DNA of 64,000 bases from the NCBI RefSeq assembly GCF_009914755.1, contig NC_060933.1. One strand, given 5' to 3'. The notes below the pieces were generated by a model. That model saw nothing but the letters and a program-made list of their open reading frames with translations. It did no database searches and was not told the origin of the DNA. Below, one piece after another: positions 39,698-62,750 of the stretch. Both the position numbers and the translations under genes were made by a program. The stretch's first letter is position 1; each line of letters starts with the position of its first letter. Source of the stretch: the human T2T-CHM13v2.0 reference genome, Homo sapiens.

Positions 39698-41758
39698 GGT
39701 TGAACTGTGCCCCCCAAAAAACAATGGACTGAAGACCCCAGCACCTCAGAGAGCATCCTTAACAAACAGGGGCTCTCAGAAGCAGCAGGCGTGGGCCCTG
39801 ACCCAGAGGAGCAGGAGTCCGCAGAAGAGAAAGCTGATGCAGAAGACTTGCAGGGCCATTGCTGTGCAGAGCACAGGGAGGCAGGCAAGGCACCTGGCAG
39901 GGAGGAGGCGTCCGCACCTGAGGGCCCTTGCCTGCGCCTTCATCTGAGACTCCGGCCTCCAGAGCCTAGACTGTGAATTCCCGCTGCTTCAGGCTGCACA
40001 GCTCGCGCTGCTTTGTTGCGGCAGCTCCAGGAAGCTAAGGCGGACTTGACTGAAATATACGGGTGCCTGGGTATTCAGCCTCAGGGCTTCAAGCAGGGCT
40101 GTGGCTAAAGACATGGCAGAGAGCCAACAGCTCAGACCACCACAGAGACAGAGGCGCAGAAAAGGCTGGCCAGGAAGGCAGCAGGGCATTCCAAAAGGGC
40201 CTCAACCACACACCTCTGCGGGGGAGGGAGAGTGACCAGGTGCGCATCCCAACACACCACACTCCAAACAAGCTTTAGAAGCAGCCCCACATTGCAGCCA
40301 TCTGGATGTCCTCACAGGACGTCTTAGATACCTGGCTACGAAGACCAAGAAGTCGGGGCCACGGAACGGGAAAGATGACCAGAGGATTGGGTATCAGGTG
40401 AGAGGGAAGCAGTGGTGGGGCCCGTCCCACCCTCACGGTGCCACCTGCTGGGGTGAGGCCTGGAGGAGCTGCCACATGCAAACCTAGAACCTGCACCGCC
40501 CCCTTCCCCAGCGTGGTGTCTCACAGGTGGGAGGCCCTGGGCGCTTCTTTCAGTGCACTTTTCTGATGAATGACTGCCAAACAAAGCAGCCCTGCTGGTC
40601 AGGGGCAACATGGCCACACCCCTGGATGCAGGTAAAGGGGACCCCTGCACTCCGTGCTCATCCTCAGACTCTATCTGAAAGCAGGCTGCCTGAGGGCACT
40701 CGGGGCTCCAGGCCTGAAGACTGCCCCAAACCCCAACCTGCTGACCCGCCATCTCTAGGGACACATATGTCCCCCTCCCTGGCAGCTTTCACCTACTCAG
40801 CAAAAAATGTCCCCAACCTTTGCAGCAGCTAAGGGGGCTTCTCAGGGCCTGATGTGGGCACATGCAGTTCTCTAAGCTCCAGGAAATCCTGCGGAGTTTG
40901 TTGATATCACCCATTTTCAGCAGTCCTGTTCTTCAGGAGCCCCCAGGGTACTGCCAGAAAAGGTACTGGAAGTTTTGCTTACAGACAAAAGCCAGCCCAG
41001 CCAGGGGCAGCAATGAGAACACACAGGGTGTCCTGGAACATGGCAGTGGAGCTTCAAGAAGGGAAAGTGTAGCAGCAACCTGTGGGACCAACACAGGGTC
41101 GGACCGGACCAGACCAGACAGGTCAGAGTCGGACTGGCCAGGCTTCCAGCTCCCAAGAAGCAAGGCCTCTGGCTGGGCGCACCTGGAGACAGGCAGGATC
41201 CCAGCCACACAGCCTGGCATGTTTCCCTGGGGCAGCTCTATGGGTACAAGATGCTGACCAGCCCCAGACACCTGGGGCTCCCCAAGGAGAGGGAGGGCTA
41301 TCCTGGAAACCACAGCCCTGCAGACGGACGGAGAAGTGAGACCCTCACCTCACCCTGGCTGGCCAGCCCCCTCCACCATCTGCAGCAGGCCTGCTGAACA
41401 TGCCCTGTGGATTCTTCTGGGCAGAAGCTCACTGCTGAGCTCCCAGCCACTTCATGCATAAATCAGGCAAGAACTAACCAATGTCAGGGGCGAGAGCATC
41501 CTACTCCCCATAAAACAGCGGGCAGCTGACTTAGCAACCCCACCACTCCTGCCGCAAGACAAGGACAGAGTCTCACTCATACTCCCTGCTGGACTCAGGA
41601 AGGTCTGAGCTCACCCGCTCCTCAGAAGGGCCCACCAGGAACAAGGGTCCTCCTGCCTCACCCACAAGGACTCGGCTCCACTCAAAATGACCTCACCCTA
41701 AGCAGCACAAGAGGGAGGCGGAGCAGAGAATGTCCGAGAGGCCAGATGATTCCACCCC

Positions 41759-41764
41759 TTTACT
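41759..41764 (-). terminator. Probable ZMYND19 polyadenylation signal, variant AGTAAA
   Basis: I found no AATAAA on the minus strand in the ~500 nt after the stop; AGTAAA is the best hexamer. Confidence 0.55.
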
Positions 41765-42208
41765 TTGCCTTTGTGGACACAACTCCCGTGCAGGCCGCGC
41801 TCCACGGGGCTCCCGGCGGCCCAGGGGAGAAGCTTCGACAACAGGACAGTTTTTAGTCACGTGGCCTGACCGTTTGCCATTTAAGGATTACAGCAAATGA
41901 TTCTATTTGTAATTTCTACCCTTCCCATTGCCTCCCCCCCAAAAAAAACTGTACATGAGTTTACAAACATATTAACATATAAATAATGAGAACCGTCCTG
42001 GTGGGAGCCTCCTCCGTTGTCTCTGCTGGAGATGAACACTGAGGGGCGCTGTAACCACACAGACTGCCTGTGACATCGGGAGTCTCACGGCAGCTGTCCT
42101 GGGCCCGCAGCTGGCTTTTTTGGCACCTCCAGGTTCAACCACCAGTCTGTCTCTGCTGTGCCCAGGGTAGAGCCCGGGGGCTGTGAGTATGTGTGGCTCC
42201 CCTGCCCG

Positions 42209-42376
<168 letters not shown>

Positions 42377-42603
42377 TCACCATCATGCCTGGGACGCAGT
42401 GTGGGGCAAAGGCTGCGTCTTACGGACAATCTGACGGACCCAGCAAAACACCACGTACCAAGGCTGGAGGGCCTGGGCCCTGGTCAGGCCAGCACAAGGG
42501 CAAAGGGAGACCACTCTGGTGGAAAAGCCCAAGAGGTGCTAAGCGGTCTCTGGGGAATGGGACCCCGCGGTGGAGGGCAAGATCCCAAACCAAGGCTGGG
42601 CTA

Positions 42604-43041
<438 letters not shown>

Positions 43042-43601
43042 CTATCACCCTCTCCCCAGCACCTGGGACTGACAGGCACACAGTAGGCAGGAGACAGGGC
43101 CCAGGTCAGGCCCCTGTGCAAAGCGAGGCGGCCCCTCTCCTTGCCCTTGACCTGCAGAGGTGCCCATTACTGCCCCGTCGGTCCACTTCCCCTTCCATAC
43201 CGGGAGCTGCCCTACGTCCGTCTAAAAACTCCTCCTGCTTGAGTAGGCCAGATGCCTACAACGGGAGAGTTCTACCAAGAACGGAGCCTCAAAGGCATGT
43301 GCACTGGCTGCTCAGAGGCAAGCGTGGGCAGCCCCAGCCCTGCTGCATCACGGAGTAAAGAAGCTGCATAAACCACCCCACCAACCCCGTTCTCCGAAGC
43401 CAGACCCTGAGGAGACTTGGTTAAAACGGGGAAGGATCAGGACATGGGAAGATGTTGGTGAGGTCCCACCAGACAGAGGCAAGTTTCAGACACTGCTGGC
43501 TTCTGAAGACAGAACAGGAAAACACCCCTTTGCCAAGAGGCCCCTTTTGTGGGGGCTGAGCTGACACAGTGCCAGGAAAGCAAAGCAATAGCCCAGGCCT
43601 G

Positions 43602-43777
43602 ACAAAGACAGGGTGACCCCACCACAAAGAGCCGGACCACAGGGAGGCCACAGACTGGGATCCAGACGGACGCACAGCACCCAGCCAGTCAACAAAGACA
43701 GGGTGACCCCACCACAAAGAGCTGGATCACAGGAGGCCACAGACCAGGATCCAGACGGACACACAGCACCCAGCCAG
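43602..43777. repeat. Tandem duplication of a ~90-bp segment
   Basis: ACAAAGACAGGGTGACCCCACCACAAAGAGC at 43602 and 43692. Confidence 0.9.
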
Positions 43778-44730
43778 ACAGGATGTCAGGCCCACACTGG
43801 CCAGCTCTGACTTCTGCTCGGGGCCTGGGGTGCTGACCCAGCACAAGAGGCCCAACACCTGCTGGGTTCTAAAACCCCATGTTGGCAAACCAAAGATGGC
43901 TGAGCCTGATCAGTCCTGAGCCACCCCAGGCCCACCTCCTGTAGCAGGGGGTTGTGTAAGGCAGCAGCCCCAGCGCAACTCGTCCTGCTGTGCCCTCAGA
44001 GAATGGGCATCCTGCCGTGCCCACAGAGAATGGGCTGACCAGGAGCATCAGCCCAACACCCCCTTTCCAAACGGCTGTTCTTAACGGCAGTTATCTCCTC
44101 TCCTGATTATAAAGGGTGCTGAGAGGATTCAAGGTAACATTCAGTCACAGGCTGGCCGGACCCTGAGTCTTGTTGAGAACCGGCTGAAATGACCCGCACC
44201 ATGGCAGGGACAGAAGGCATTGCCAGGTGGAGTGGTGAGCAGCGGGCGAACTTGCGGAGTTGGGAAGGGCCCATCCCAGCATCAACACTGAGCATGTATC
44301 AATGTGGGACAACGCAGGAGGAGATGCTACAGATGCTGCTCTGCCTGCCAAGCACGCCTTCCCCTTCCCCTTCCCTTTTCATGTAGAAAAGTGATTCTAA
44401 GCAAGCTAACTACAGTTCATCCCAGGGCTTCCCCAGACACCACTAGAACAGGGTGCCTGCTTCAGTCCGCAAGTGCTAGGTAGTGCCCATGCCGCCTCCC
44501 AGAGAGGAGCCGGGAGTGGGGGCGCAGAGCTGGAGGCAGCAGCATCCCTGGCTCTCCACATTTCAGTCAGGATACCAAAATGTACCCTATTTTTGTTTCA
44601 GCCAAATTGACCTTTGTTTCTGTTTCTTGCAACCCAAAGTTCCAACTAACATAATCCCCGAAAGAATAAAAACCCCATTCAACAATCGTAAGAGGCCTGG
44701 CTTCACTCACAAGCAGTATGAGGAAGGTCA

Positions 44731-45078
<348 letters not shown>

Positions 45079-45918
45079 TCAAAAAAAAAAAAAAAAAAAA
45101 ATGCTGAGGCAAGAGGATTCCCTGAAGCCAGGAGTTCAAGAACAGCCTGGGCAACATAGTGAGACCCATCCGTAAAATTAATTAATTTAATGAAATAAAC
45201 AGAGCAGGGAAAAAAAAACACCAGCCCAACAAGAACGAAAGACACTTCAGGCTCTGCCTTCGTCCTGAGAGGCCCAGTGAGGAAGGGATGGGGGGGGATT
45301 TGTAGGACTCCCTCCAGGGTGGCAGGAACAGCAGTTTGGGAGTGGCATTTTGGAGGCCTGGGGACTGTCCCCACATCACCAACCAGTGTGTCAGGTGCTC
45401 CCACTGTTTCCACCTCGGCTGCCCAGGGCTCTGGCATGACTCTGAGGTGACAACTGCAAAGATTCTACCCACAGCCACCAACCATCACCAAGCCCGAAAC
45501 ACTAAACCTTACCAGCGTTGCTGACAACCATCTGCTAGGGCAGTTCGCACTGCCTGCACCAGGAAAGGCTGCCCAGAGGCTTGAGGACGTGCCCAAAAGC
45601 CCCAGGGCGCCAGGGGAACATGTCAGTGAAGCGTGTGTGGCTGGGGACTCCCTGGCTCAACTGGGCTCCCAACCCCTATCCTGCTGGTCCCTTGGCTCTT
45701 CCCAAGGGCTCCATGAAGTTCACAGACTGGCTGGTTCTAGGGCCAGCAGGAACCGCCCTCCCAGGTGGGAAGCCCATGCAAAGCACTGCTTTCAGGATCA
45801 CAGGCAGGTCGGGGGCCGAGGGCTGAGCCCTGAACCATTCTCCGCTTTAAACCTTTGCTTAAGGAAAACTGTTTAGCAAAAGAACACAACAAAAAGACCC
45901 ATCTGTGTGCACAGAAAA

Positions 45919-46281
45919 GAATCCTGAGGTGAGGAGAGAAGGAAGGAATCCTGAGGTGAGCAGAGAAGGAAGGAATCCTGAGGTGAGCAGAGAAGGAAGG
46001 AATCCTGAGGTGAGCAGAGAAGGAAGGAATCCTGAGGTGAGCAGAGAAGGAAGGAATCCTGAGGTGAGGAGAGAAGGAAGGAATCCTGACGTGAGCAGAG
46101 AAGGAAGGAATCCCGAGGTGAGGAGAGAAGGAAGGAATCCCGAGGTGAGAGAAGGAAGGAATCCCGAGGTGAGAGAAGGAAGGAATCCTGAGGTGAGAGA
46201 AGGAAGGAATCCTGAGGTGAGAGAAGGAAGGAATCCTGAGGTGAGCAGAGAAGGAAGGAATCCTGAGGTGAGGAGAGAAGG
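45919..46281. repeat. Minisatellite of 14 units (ten 27-bp, four 24-bp), GAATCCTGAGGTGAGCAGAGAAGGAAG, in ZMYND19 intron 4
   Basis: Units counted from sequence and ORF periodicity. Confidence 0.95.
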
Positions 46282-46589
46282 CTGATGCCTCCCAGGGGTG
46301 TGGGGCAGAAGCCCTGCTCACACCGAGTCCCGACGCTGGCCCTGCCCTGGAGCAGGCAGCCCTTCTCCCCACTGTCATGCCAGCTAAAGGGAGGTTCCCA
46401 GAGCCAATTATAAGAGGAGCAATGCAAAAACACACACCATCAAGATCCTTCCCGCTCCCATGAAGAAAAGGAGGATTCCACGCTTTGGGGAAAAACAATG
46501 AAATTCCCAAAATACACAGAAGCATCAGGGCTCAGAGGAGGAACAGGAGACCCTCTTGGAAACAAGAGCTTTGGCGGTGGCCCTCCTCA

Positions 46590-46799
<210 letters not shown>

Positions 46800-47237
46800 C
46801 TAACCCTGCATCGCTGCCTCCCACCCTCACAGACATTTCTGGTCAGGTACCAAAGTCCTTCCAGGAAGAAATGTCAGCCATGTGATCTGATCGGGCCCCT
46901 GGTCCTTTGGATGAGGGTACCTCAGGCGGAAGCTGCTGAGAGAAACCCAAGCACCTGATCTGTGGCCCAAACAGGACAGGGACACAGGGAGGACCCGGCC
47001 CCTGGACTTCAGAGCACAGACAGCCAAAGCTGGAACGCAAAACCACCTAAGCAGATGGCCTCGAGACAGCTCCCCATCTGAGTGGTCCCTACCATGCACA
47101 CCGGGGGGGCTCGGCAAAACCCAGCAAGGGGAGCAACCACCGTCCCTCCAGAGGCTGCCGGTCCTGGGCAAGCTCCCAGCAGAAAGTCCACTTGGTGTTT
47201 GAAGTGCAACATACAAATCATTCGTTCCTTTGGGTTA

Positions 47238-47555
<318 letters not shown>

Positions 47556-48324
47556 TTAGAAAAACCAAGTGAAACAAGCAAGCCAGAGGGACAAATGCCA
47601 GCCCTGTCCCTGAGACCCTGGGGAGTGCAGAGCTTCCCACAGGCACATGGCTCCCAGGGGCCAGCGTGGCCCACCACCACTCTGTCTATTCGAGCAAGAA
47701 ACACTCACAAACAACTCTGCAAAATACAATGGGACATAGACAAATACATTTTCCTACCCTTAAAAAAAGCCCACGGTGCAGTGAGATAGAGAACCCCCTG
47801 GAGAGGTCACTACTGTGAATGTGTGGGGCACAGAGATAAAGGATGGTGAGGGAGGCCAAGCTCAGCGGCAGGAATGGAAGCTGGGAAGAGGCAGGAAGAC
47901 CCCATGAGAGCAGAGAACGGGAGGCAGCTGGGCAGCCAGGAGGGACTGCTAAGGCAGGCCCAGCAGAGGTGGCTAGCTCTAAAGAGCAGGGTCTTCGAGC
48001 TAACAGACATGGTCCACGTGACACAATCACAAACATGAGAACATTCCATTTGCTTTCAAGAGGAGCTGGCAGCTGGGGTGAAAGTGAGGAAGACCACTGT
48101 CGCCAGGCCATGTGGGCCACAGTGGGCTCCAGTGGCAGCAACAGCCAGGTTCTGCAGGGCCACGGCTCGAAGTGGGGCTGACGGCTCAGGGCTCACAGGC
48201 CAGCACCAGTTGTCCACTTGTGGGGCCGCCTGCTCTTGCAGCACAGGGGAGAGAGCTCGTTCCTCGTGACCCTCCTGGGCACTGACCACAAGCATCAGGG
48301 GAGGGAACAGCCATCCTTACTTAC

Positions 48325-48384
48325 CTCAAAGGAGTAGCTCTCCACCAGCGGGATGTCCTGCTCATCGATCAGCGTGTATTTGGT
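48325..48384 (-). CDS. ZMYND19: ZMYND19 exon 2 (TKYTLIDEQDIPLVESYSFE)
   Basis: CAG/GTAAGT, 60 nt. Confidence 0.95.
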
Positions 48385-49399
48385 CTGGAAGTTAACCACA
48401 TGTTTCAAATCATTACATTTGGGATCTGCGTGAGGTGCAGTAACCTTATAACCAGAACAGGCAGGAGCCTGTTGCATTTTCCTGTGAAGTGGAAAGTAAC
48501 TACAGGCCTCTTCAGACCAAGACAGCTCAGCACATGGGGGCCTCATTCCACCGTTTGGGGTGGTGCAGTCTACGACAAAACACAGGCAGACAGGTTAAAA
48601 GCCAGCTGCCCACTTTAGTCTGCGCCAGAGGAGCTGGTATCAGGCTTCATCCTCGCAGGGCTAACCCCAACAGTGGCACTGAACATTCAACGCACCAATA
48701 AACCTAGGCAAAGACTGTTTCACTGAGCTGAGGGAGGGGCCGGGGCTGAGGCAGAAGAGCCAGAAGGTTTTGATTAGGGTGTGTTTATTAAGCTGAGCTA
48801 CTCACTGATTACCCTTTTTAGCTTTTTGTCCATCTGAAATGTTCCAAAGAAAAGCTGTAAGGGATGACAATGCCATCATGGGTGGAGTTAGAAGGGGTCT
48901 CTGGTCTCCGACCTGACTGGAGAGCCCACCCTTCCCTGGTGGAAAAAAGCCTCCTCCCCAGCAGGCCCTGCCTATGCTCTTGCAGCAGGGGCAGGAAACA
49001 GGAACAGGTCCCAGAACGGGCCAGTCTCCCTCTTGGCAGTTTTTCTTCTGGGATCTGAACCTGTTTTACCTGACGCCGCCTGACACTGCCTCGGCTCCTC
49101 TCTCCCACCAAAAGCCGCAGCCGCTGGTGACGGGAACAGGGCTCCCATCCGGGTAAGGACCCTGGCTGGTGCAGCTGCACAGGTGGCTCCGAGAAACCGC
49201 CAAGCCTCAATGCCCACAGGTGCCATGGAATCCCCAGCCTCAAACGTGGAGCGTGGGGGCCAAGTAAGAAGAGAAGTCGAGGAAGGCCCTGAGTCTGCAG
49301 CATCAGGGCCCAGGCTTCTTCCTCTCTGCTCCGAGTCTGAGGCTCAGCCTAACGTGGCCAACCCCTGGCAGCGTTAAAACGAGCCTGAAGCCCTGCTGA

Positions 49400-51269
<1,870 letters not shown>

Positions 51270-51559
51270 TGATCGGCCCACCTCGGCCTCCCAAAGTGCT
51301 GGGATTACAGGCATGAGCCACCGTGCCCCAGCCTGCAAAGGGTGTACATGAGTGAGCCCAGACGTTCCATCTCTGGGTCCCCTGGTACTTGCCAGTACCC
51401 CAGACACCCTAGAGGACTGAAGGGGCTGATGAGTCCTGGCCTGCCTGAGACACACATTGGGGTTCAGGCTGGGCCTTGCTCAAAACATGCCTGTCCGACC
51501 GCGCGCGGTGGCTCATGCCTGTAATCCTAGCACTTTGGGAGGCCGAGGCGGGCAGATCA

Positions 51560-52033
<474 letters not shown>

Positions 52034-52109
52034 TCACCTGAGGTCAGGAGTTCAAGACCAGCTTGGCCAACAGGGTGAAATCCCGTTTCTACTAAAAATA
52101 CAAAAATTA

Positions 52110-52250
<141 letters not shown>

Positions 52251-53139
52251 TCAAAAAAAAAAAAAAGTCCAAATTGTTAGCTTGAGAGAAGACCCCAGGA
52301 GACACCAGCAGGAGAGTAGGGGCGTGAGGCAGGGAAGGGGGTGCTACCAGTCCAGTTACTGTAGCAGGCGCTTGTGTAGGAACCATCCTCAGAGTCCCTC
52401 CCCGAGGGCCAGGGGAGCCAAGGCATTCACCCTTCACCCTGCTGCAAGGGGACCCAGCATTCACCTCTCACCTTGCAGTCATTGGTTGGAGGCTGTTCCT
52501 GGCAAGGTGACTTCTTGGCTCCAAAGCCGAGAAAGACCTGCAGGTGTTGACACAGCGCAGTGCTGCGGGCAGTGCCCAGCTGGCTTGGGAACTCATACCT
52601 GGTCCACCACAAGCCGGCTGCTTTATCTACACATTCTACCCAAGTATGAATGTGGCACCCCTGCCTCTGTGTCCTGCGAGGGTGGAATTATGTAACGCTG
52701 GGGCGGTGCTTCCTCTCACTGCAGCTTCCCTCTCCCAGGGGCAGGCACCTTAAAAAGAAGCCCTTGACTCCCCCATCCCTTTCCAGCCACTGCCTCATTT
52801 TCCTACTTCCCATCCCAGCAAGAGTTTTTAACAGGTTGTCTGTACTTGGCGTCTCCTCTTATCTCCTAGTTAATTCGTTTTCTATCACTTTATAACAACC
52901 AACCACAAAAGAGCACCCATTATCTCACGGTTCTGTGCATTAGAAGTGCAGGTGGGTTTGACTGGCTTCTCTGCTGCAGGTCTCAGGGCTGAAATCAGGG
53001 TGTCAGCTGCCTCAGCTCTTAGCAGGGGCCCTAGGGGAGACCCGGGCTACAGGCTCCTTCAGGTTGTTGACATTCATCACATGGTTGTATGAGGTCTCCG
53101 CTTGCTGGCTGCCGGCCCGGGGTTGTTCTCAGCTTCTAG

Positions 53140-53376
<237 letters not shown>

Positions 53377-54016
53377 TAGTCTTGAACTCCCGGCTTCAAG
53401 TGATCCGCCCGCCTCAGCCTCCCAAAATGCTGGGATTACAGGTGTGAGCCATTGTGCCCGGCCAAAGCCAGCCTTTCTACTACTTCACGTCTTTGATCCT
53501 TTCTGTCCCATTTCTCCCACCTTCAGCTGGAGAAAGCTTTATGCCTTTAAGTGTTCCTGTGATTAGATTGGGTCCACCCAGATAAACAGGATAATCTCCC
53601 TATTTTAAGGTCACTAATTGGTAACCTACTTACATCTGCAAAGTCCCTTTTGTTATGTAACATAATATTACAGGTGCAGGCATAAGGGCGTGACACCTTT
53701 GGGGGGCATTCTGCCTACCGCCCAAGTCTCCTGACAGCCCACTCCAGCTGGGCTTTCACCCCTCCCACTGCTGAAACTGCTCCACACCAATGAACAAAAT
53801 CAATGAAAGCCCCTGCTCATACTCGAGTGAGGGGGGCAGAACATACACGTAATGAGGAACCATACACCGCGTTGGCCAGTGAGAAATGCAATGGGGAGAA
53901 CAAGTCCATCACCATAAGGCAGTCAGAGGCCCTGCTGCAGGGGTGGGCAGAGCCGTCCTCTGAGAAAACAGCATTGGAACTTGCAGTGGAAGGAGACAGA
54001 GTGAGCCGTGTGGCTA

Positions 54017-54367
<351 letters not shown>

Positions 54368-55046
54368 TCATGAAAGAAAATGGATGGCCTGAACCTGGGA
54401 GGTGGAGCTTGCAGTGAGCCTAGATCACGCCACTGCACTACAGCCTGGGCGACAGAGCAAGACTTCGTCTCGAAAGAAAATGGAGAGGTGGCCAATGAAC
54501 TGGCCACTGAGAAGCAGCAGCACATGGGGCGGCGGGAGGGGCGGCAAGTACAGGATGAGCATTCAGATCTGAAATCTGAGATGCTGCAAAATCTGAACCT
54601 TGTAAGCACTGACATGACACTCAAAGGAAGTGCTCATTGGAGCATTTTGGATTTTGGATATGGAAAGCGCCATCAGGCAAGTATAATACAAAGAGTCCAA
54701 AATCCAAAATCTGAAACACTTCTAGTCCCGAGCATTTTGGATAAGGGACACTCGACCTCTCCTGGTAAGTGGTGATGTTTGGACCTGTGGTGGAGGGGTG
54801 TGTATGTCAGGATGGGCCTGGGTATGCTGCAGTAACAACCCCAAGTTCTCAGCGGCTTAGCCAAATAAAAATGTGTTACTTATGCTACATGTTAAGGTTA
54901 CAAGGCAGTTGAATGTATAAGTAGAATATGTGAGTATAGAGTTCACAGAGATGTCCAGCCTGGGAATATAAGTTTGGCATCATGGCTGAGCGCGGTGGCT
55001 CACGCCTGTACTCCCAGCATTTTGGGAGACCGAGGCGGGCAGATCA

Positions 55047-55455
<409 letters not shown>

Positions 55456-55725
55456 TTAGCCAGGCATAGTGGCCCATGCCTGTAGTCACAGCTACTTGGG
55501 AGGCTGGGGTGGAAGGATCACCTGAGCCTGGGGATGTTGAGGATGCAGTGAGCTGTGATGGGGCCACTGCCCTCCAGCCTGGGTGACAGAGTGAGACCCT
55601 GAATTTTGGAGGGACACAAGCATTCAAACCATGGCAAAACTCATAAAACTGGATGAGATTACCATGAGGGAAAACGTGGATGTAGAGAGTGCAGCACTAT
55701 TCACAAGAGCAAAGACATGGAATCA

Positions 55726-55995
<270 letters not shown>

Positions 55996-56018
55996 CTACA
56001 GAGTGAGACTCCATCTCA

Positions 56019-56543
<525 letters not shown>

Positions 56544-56678
56544 CTAAATGATGAGAGCTTATGAACACGAAGAAGAAAATAATACTGGGCTTAATGCCTG
56601 GATGATGAGATAATATGTACAACAAACCTGGTGACAGGTGTTTACCTATGTAACAAACCTCACATATCCCCAAACCTA

Positions 56679-57134
<456 letters not shown>

Positions 57135-57147
57135 TTACATTCAATAA

Positions 57148-57762
<615 letters not shown>

Positions 57763-59289
57763 TAATTTTTTGTATTTTTAGTAGAGTCGGGGTTTCACCA
57801 TGTTAGCCAGGATGGTCTTGATCTCCTGACCTCGTGATCCGCCCGCCTCAGCCTCCCAAAGTGCAGGGATTACAGGCATGAGCCACCGCGCCCGGCCGGG
57901 AAGTTAATTTTTAGTTTTTAAAAGTTCTATGGTATTTATTGAAGTTTATGTATTATGACTATAACAGCAAAAAATGCACATTACATTTCTTTAAAATGCT
58001 AGATTGAGTATCATTTAAAAAAAGAGAAGGGATACTTAATACTATCATACTAAGGGGGAAAGAGATTGGAAAGAAGAGGACTCAGTAGAAAACAAAGATG
58101 TGAAGTAGGAGGAAGGCCTGCAAGGCAGCCCCAGCTGCTGCTGGGTCTGGTAAAGTGAAGATTGGGGATGAATCAATGGATTTAGCAACACAGGGGACCC
58201 CCGTTACCTTGAGAAGTACAGTGCCAGTGGAGGGGTGAGGGAAGATGTCCAAGGGTGTCGGAAGGAATGAGGGACAGGAGTTGCAGGCTGAGATGGACGG
58301 CTCTTCTGCAGCATTTTGCTGAAAAGGAGCAGTGAAGGGAGCTGAGGCTGGAAGAGGGGGGAGGTCAGGAGCACATTCGTGGTGCAGGGGACATGGCACT
58401 GATGTTCACCCATGGGGACGATGGTGGAAAGGGATGAGGCATTGGCTGCAGAGGAGAGGGGATGACGAGCTGTGTCGGACAGGGCGGTGCACCTTGGCAG
58501 TAGCCAATGTGAAGGTTCTAGAAAGGCTAGTAGGTGTGTTGGTGGGAGTTTGGGGAAGTTCTTTTTTTTCTGGGGTGAAAGGGTCCCCCTCTGTCTCCCA
58601 GGCTTTAGTGCGGTGGTGCAAATACGGCTCACTGCAGCCTAGACCTCCTGGGGTCAAGCAATTCTCCTGCCTTGGCCTCCCAAAGCATTGGGATTAGAGG
58701 CGTATGACACTGTGCCGGGCCAAGAGAGTTTATTCAGATCATCTTTCTTTTGTTACTTTCACTTTCTCATAAATAACTGAAAGAAGTCAATTGGCCCTTT
58801 AAACTCTATGTCAGGAAAGTCAGATCACAGCATGCACTTTCTGTCCGCCACGTTCCACAGGCAATGGTCTTGCTGGAAGGTAAATAGTCTACACTTTCTC
58901 CAGCCTGCAATAGCAACTTTCTCATGACCCCTCCTGCTGCATGGTTCCAAAGTCAACGCCATATTTAAAAATTTTTGGGGCCAGGCGCAGTGTTTCACAC
59001 CTGTTATCCCAGCACTTTGGGAGGCTGAGATGGGCAGATCACCTGAGGTCAGGTGTTCGAGACCAGCTTGACCCACATGGAGAAACCCCATCTCTACTAA
59101 AAAAAATACAAAATTGTCAGGGCATGGTGGCTCACGCCTGTAATCCCAGCACTTTGGGAGGCCGAGATGGGGGGATCACAAGGTCAAGAGATCGAGACCA
59201 TCCTGACTGACATGGTAAAACCCCATCTCAACTAAAAATAAAAAAAAAAATTAGCTGGGCGTGGTGGCACATGCCTGCAGTCCCAGCTA

Positions 59290-59398
<109 letters not shown>

Positions 59399-59581
59399 TC
59401 AATAAATAAATAAATAAATAAATAAGCCGGGCATGGTGTTGCATGCCTGTAATCCCCGCTACTGGGGAGGCTGAGGCAGGAGAATCGCTTGAACCCGGGA
59501 GGCGGAGGTTGCAGTGTTGGCCTGGCGCAGTGGCTCATGCCTGTAATCTCAGCACTTTGGGAGGCTGGGGCAGGTGGATCA

Positions 59582-59893
<312 letters not shown>

Positions 59894-59919
59894 TCAGGAG
59901 AGCGAGACCATCCTGGCTA

Positions 59920-60186
<267 letters not shown>

Positions 60187-60354
60187 TCATAACAAACCAC
60201 CCCAGGCCAGGCGCGGTGACTCACGCCTGTAATCCCAGCACTTTGGGAGGCTGAGGTGGGCGGATCACCTGAGGTCAGGAGTTCAAGACCAGCCTGGCCA
60301 ACATGGCAAAACCCCGTCTCTACTAAAAATATGAAAATTAGCTGGGCATGGTCA

Positions 60355-60564
<210 letters not shown>

Positions 60565-60701
60565 CTATGTATTTTCTCATGATTCTGTAGTTTAGGATGG
60601 GCTTAGCTGGTTGGTTCTGCTGTTGTTGGCTAGGGTGGTAGGTTGTGTCAATTGTCACCATCAAATTCTCCCCTCCACGTGAATGTGTGTTGCTCCTATG
60701 A

Positions 60702-61235
<534 letters not shown>

Positions 61236-61843
61236 TGAGCCACCACACCCGGCCTAATTTTTGTATTTTTAATAGAGGTGAAGTTTCTCCATGTTGGCTA
61301 GGATGGTCTCGATCTCTTGACCTTGTGATCCACCCGCCTCAGCCTCCCAAAGTGCTGGGATTACAGATGTGAGCCACTACACCCAGCCTTGACTGTTTTT
61401 GTTTTGTTTGATTTTGAGATGAAGTCTCACTCTGTCACCCAGGCTGGAGTGCAGTGGCGTGATCTCAGCTCACTGCAACCTCCCCCGCCGAGCTCAAGTG
61501 ATTCTCCTGCCACAGCCTCCTGAGTAGCTGGGATTACAGGCACGTGCCACCACGCCTGGCTAATTTTTGTATTTTTAGTAGAGATGAGGTTTCACCATGT
61601 TGGCCAGGCTGGTCTTGATCTCCTGATCTCAAGCGATCTGCCCGCCTCGGCCTCCCAAAGTGCTGGGATTACAGGCATGGACCACTGCGCCCAGCCTGTT
61701 TCATTGCAATTCTTCCAGTTAACGCAAGCTGTGGGCCAGCCTAGGTTCCAGGGGAAGCCCCCCGGTGGGAAGAGCAGCAGGGATGCAAAGGTGGGCGGGA
61801 TCTTTGAGGAGGGACCACCACGCCCTAGGAAGGAGACTGCTGA

Positions 61844-62750
<907 letters not shown>

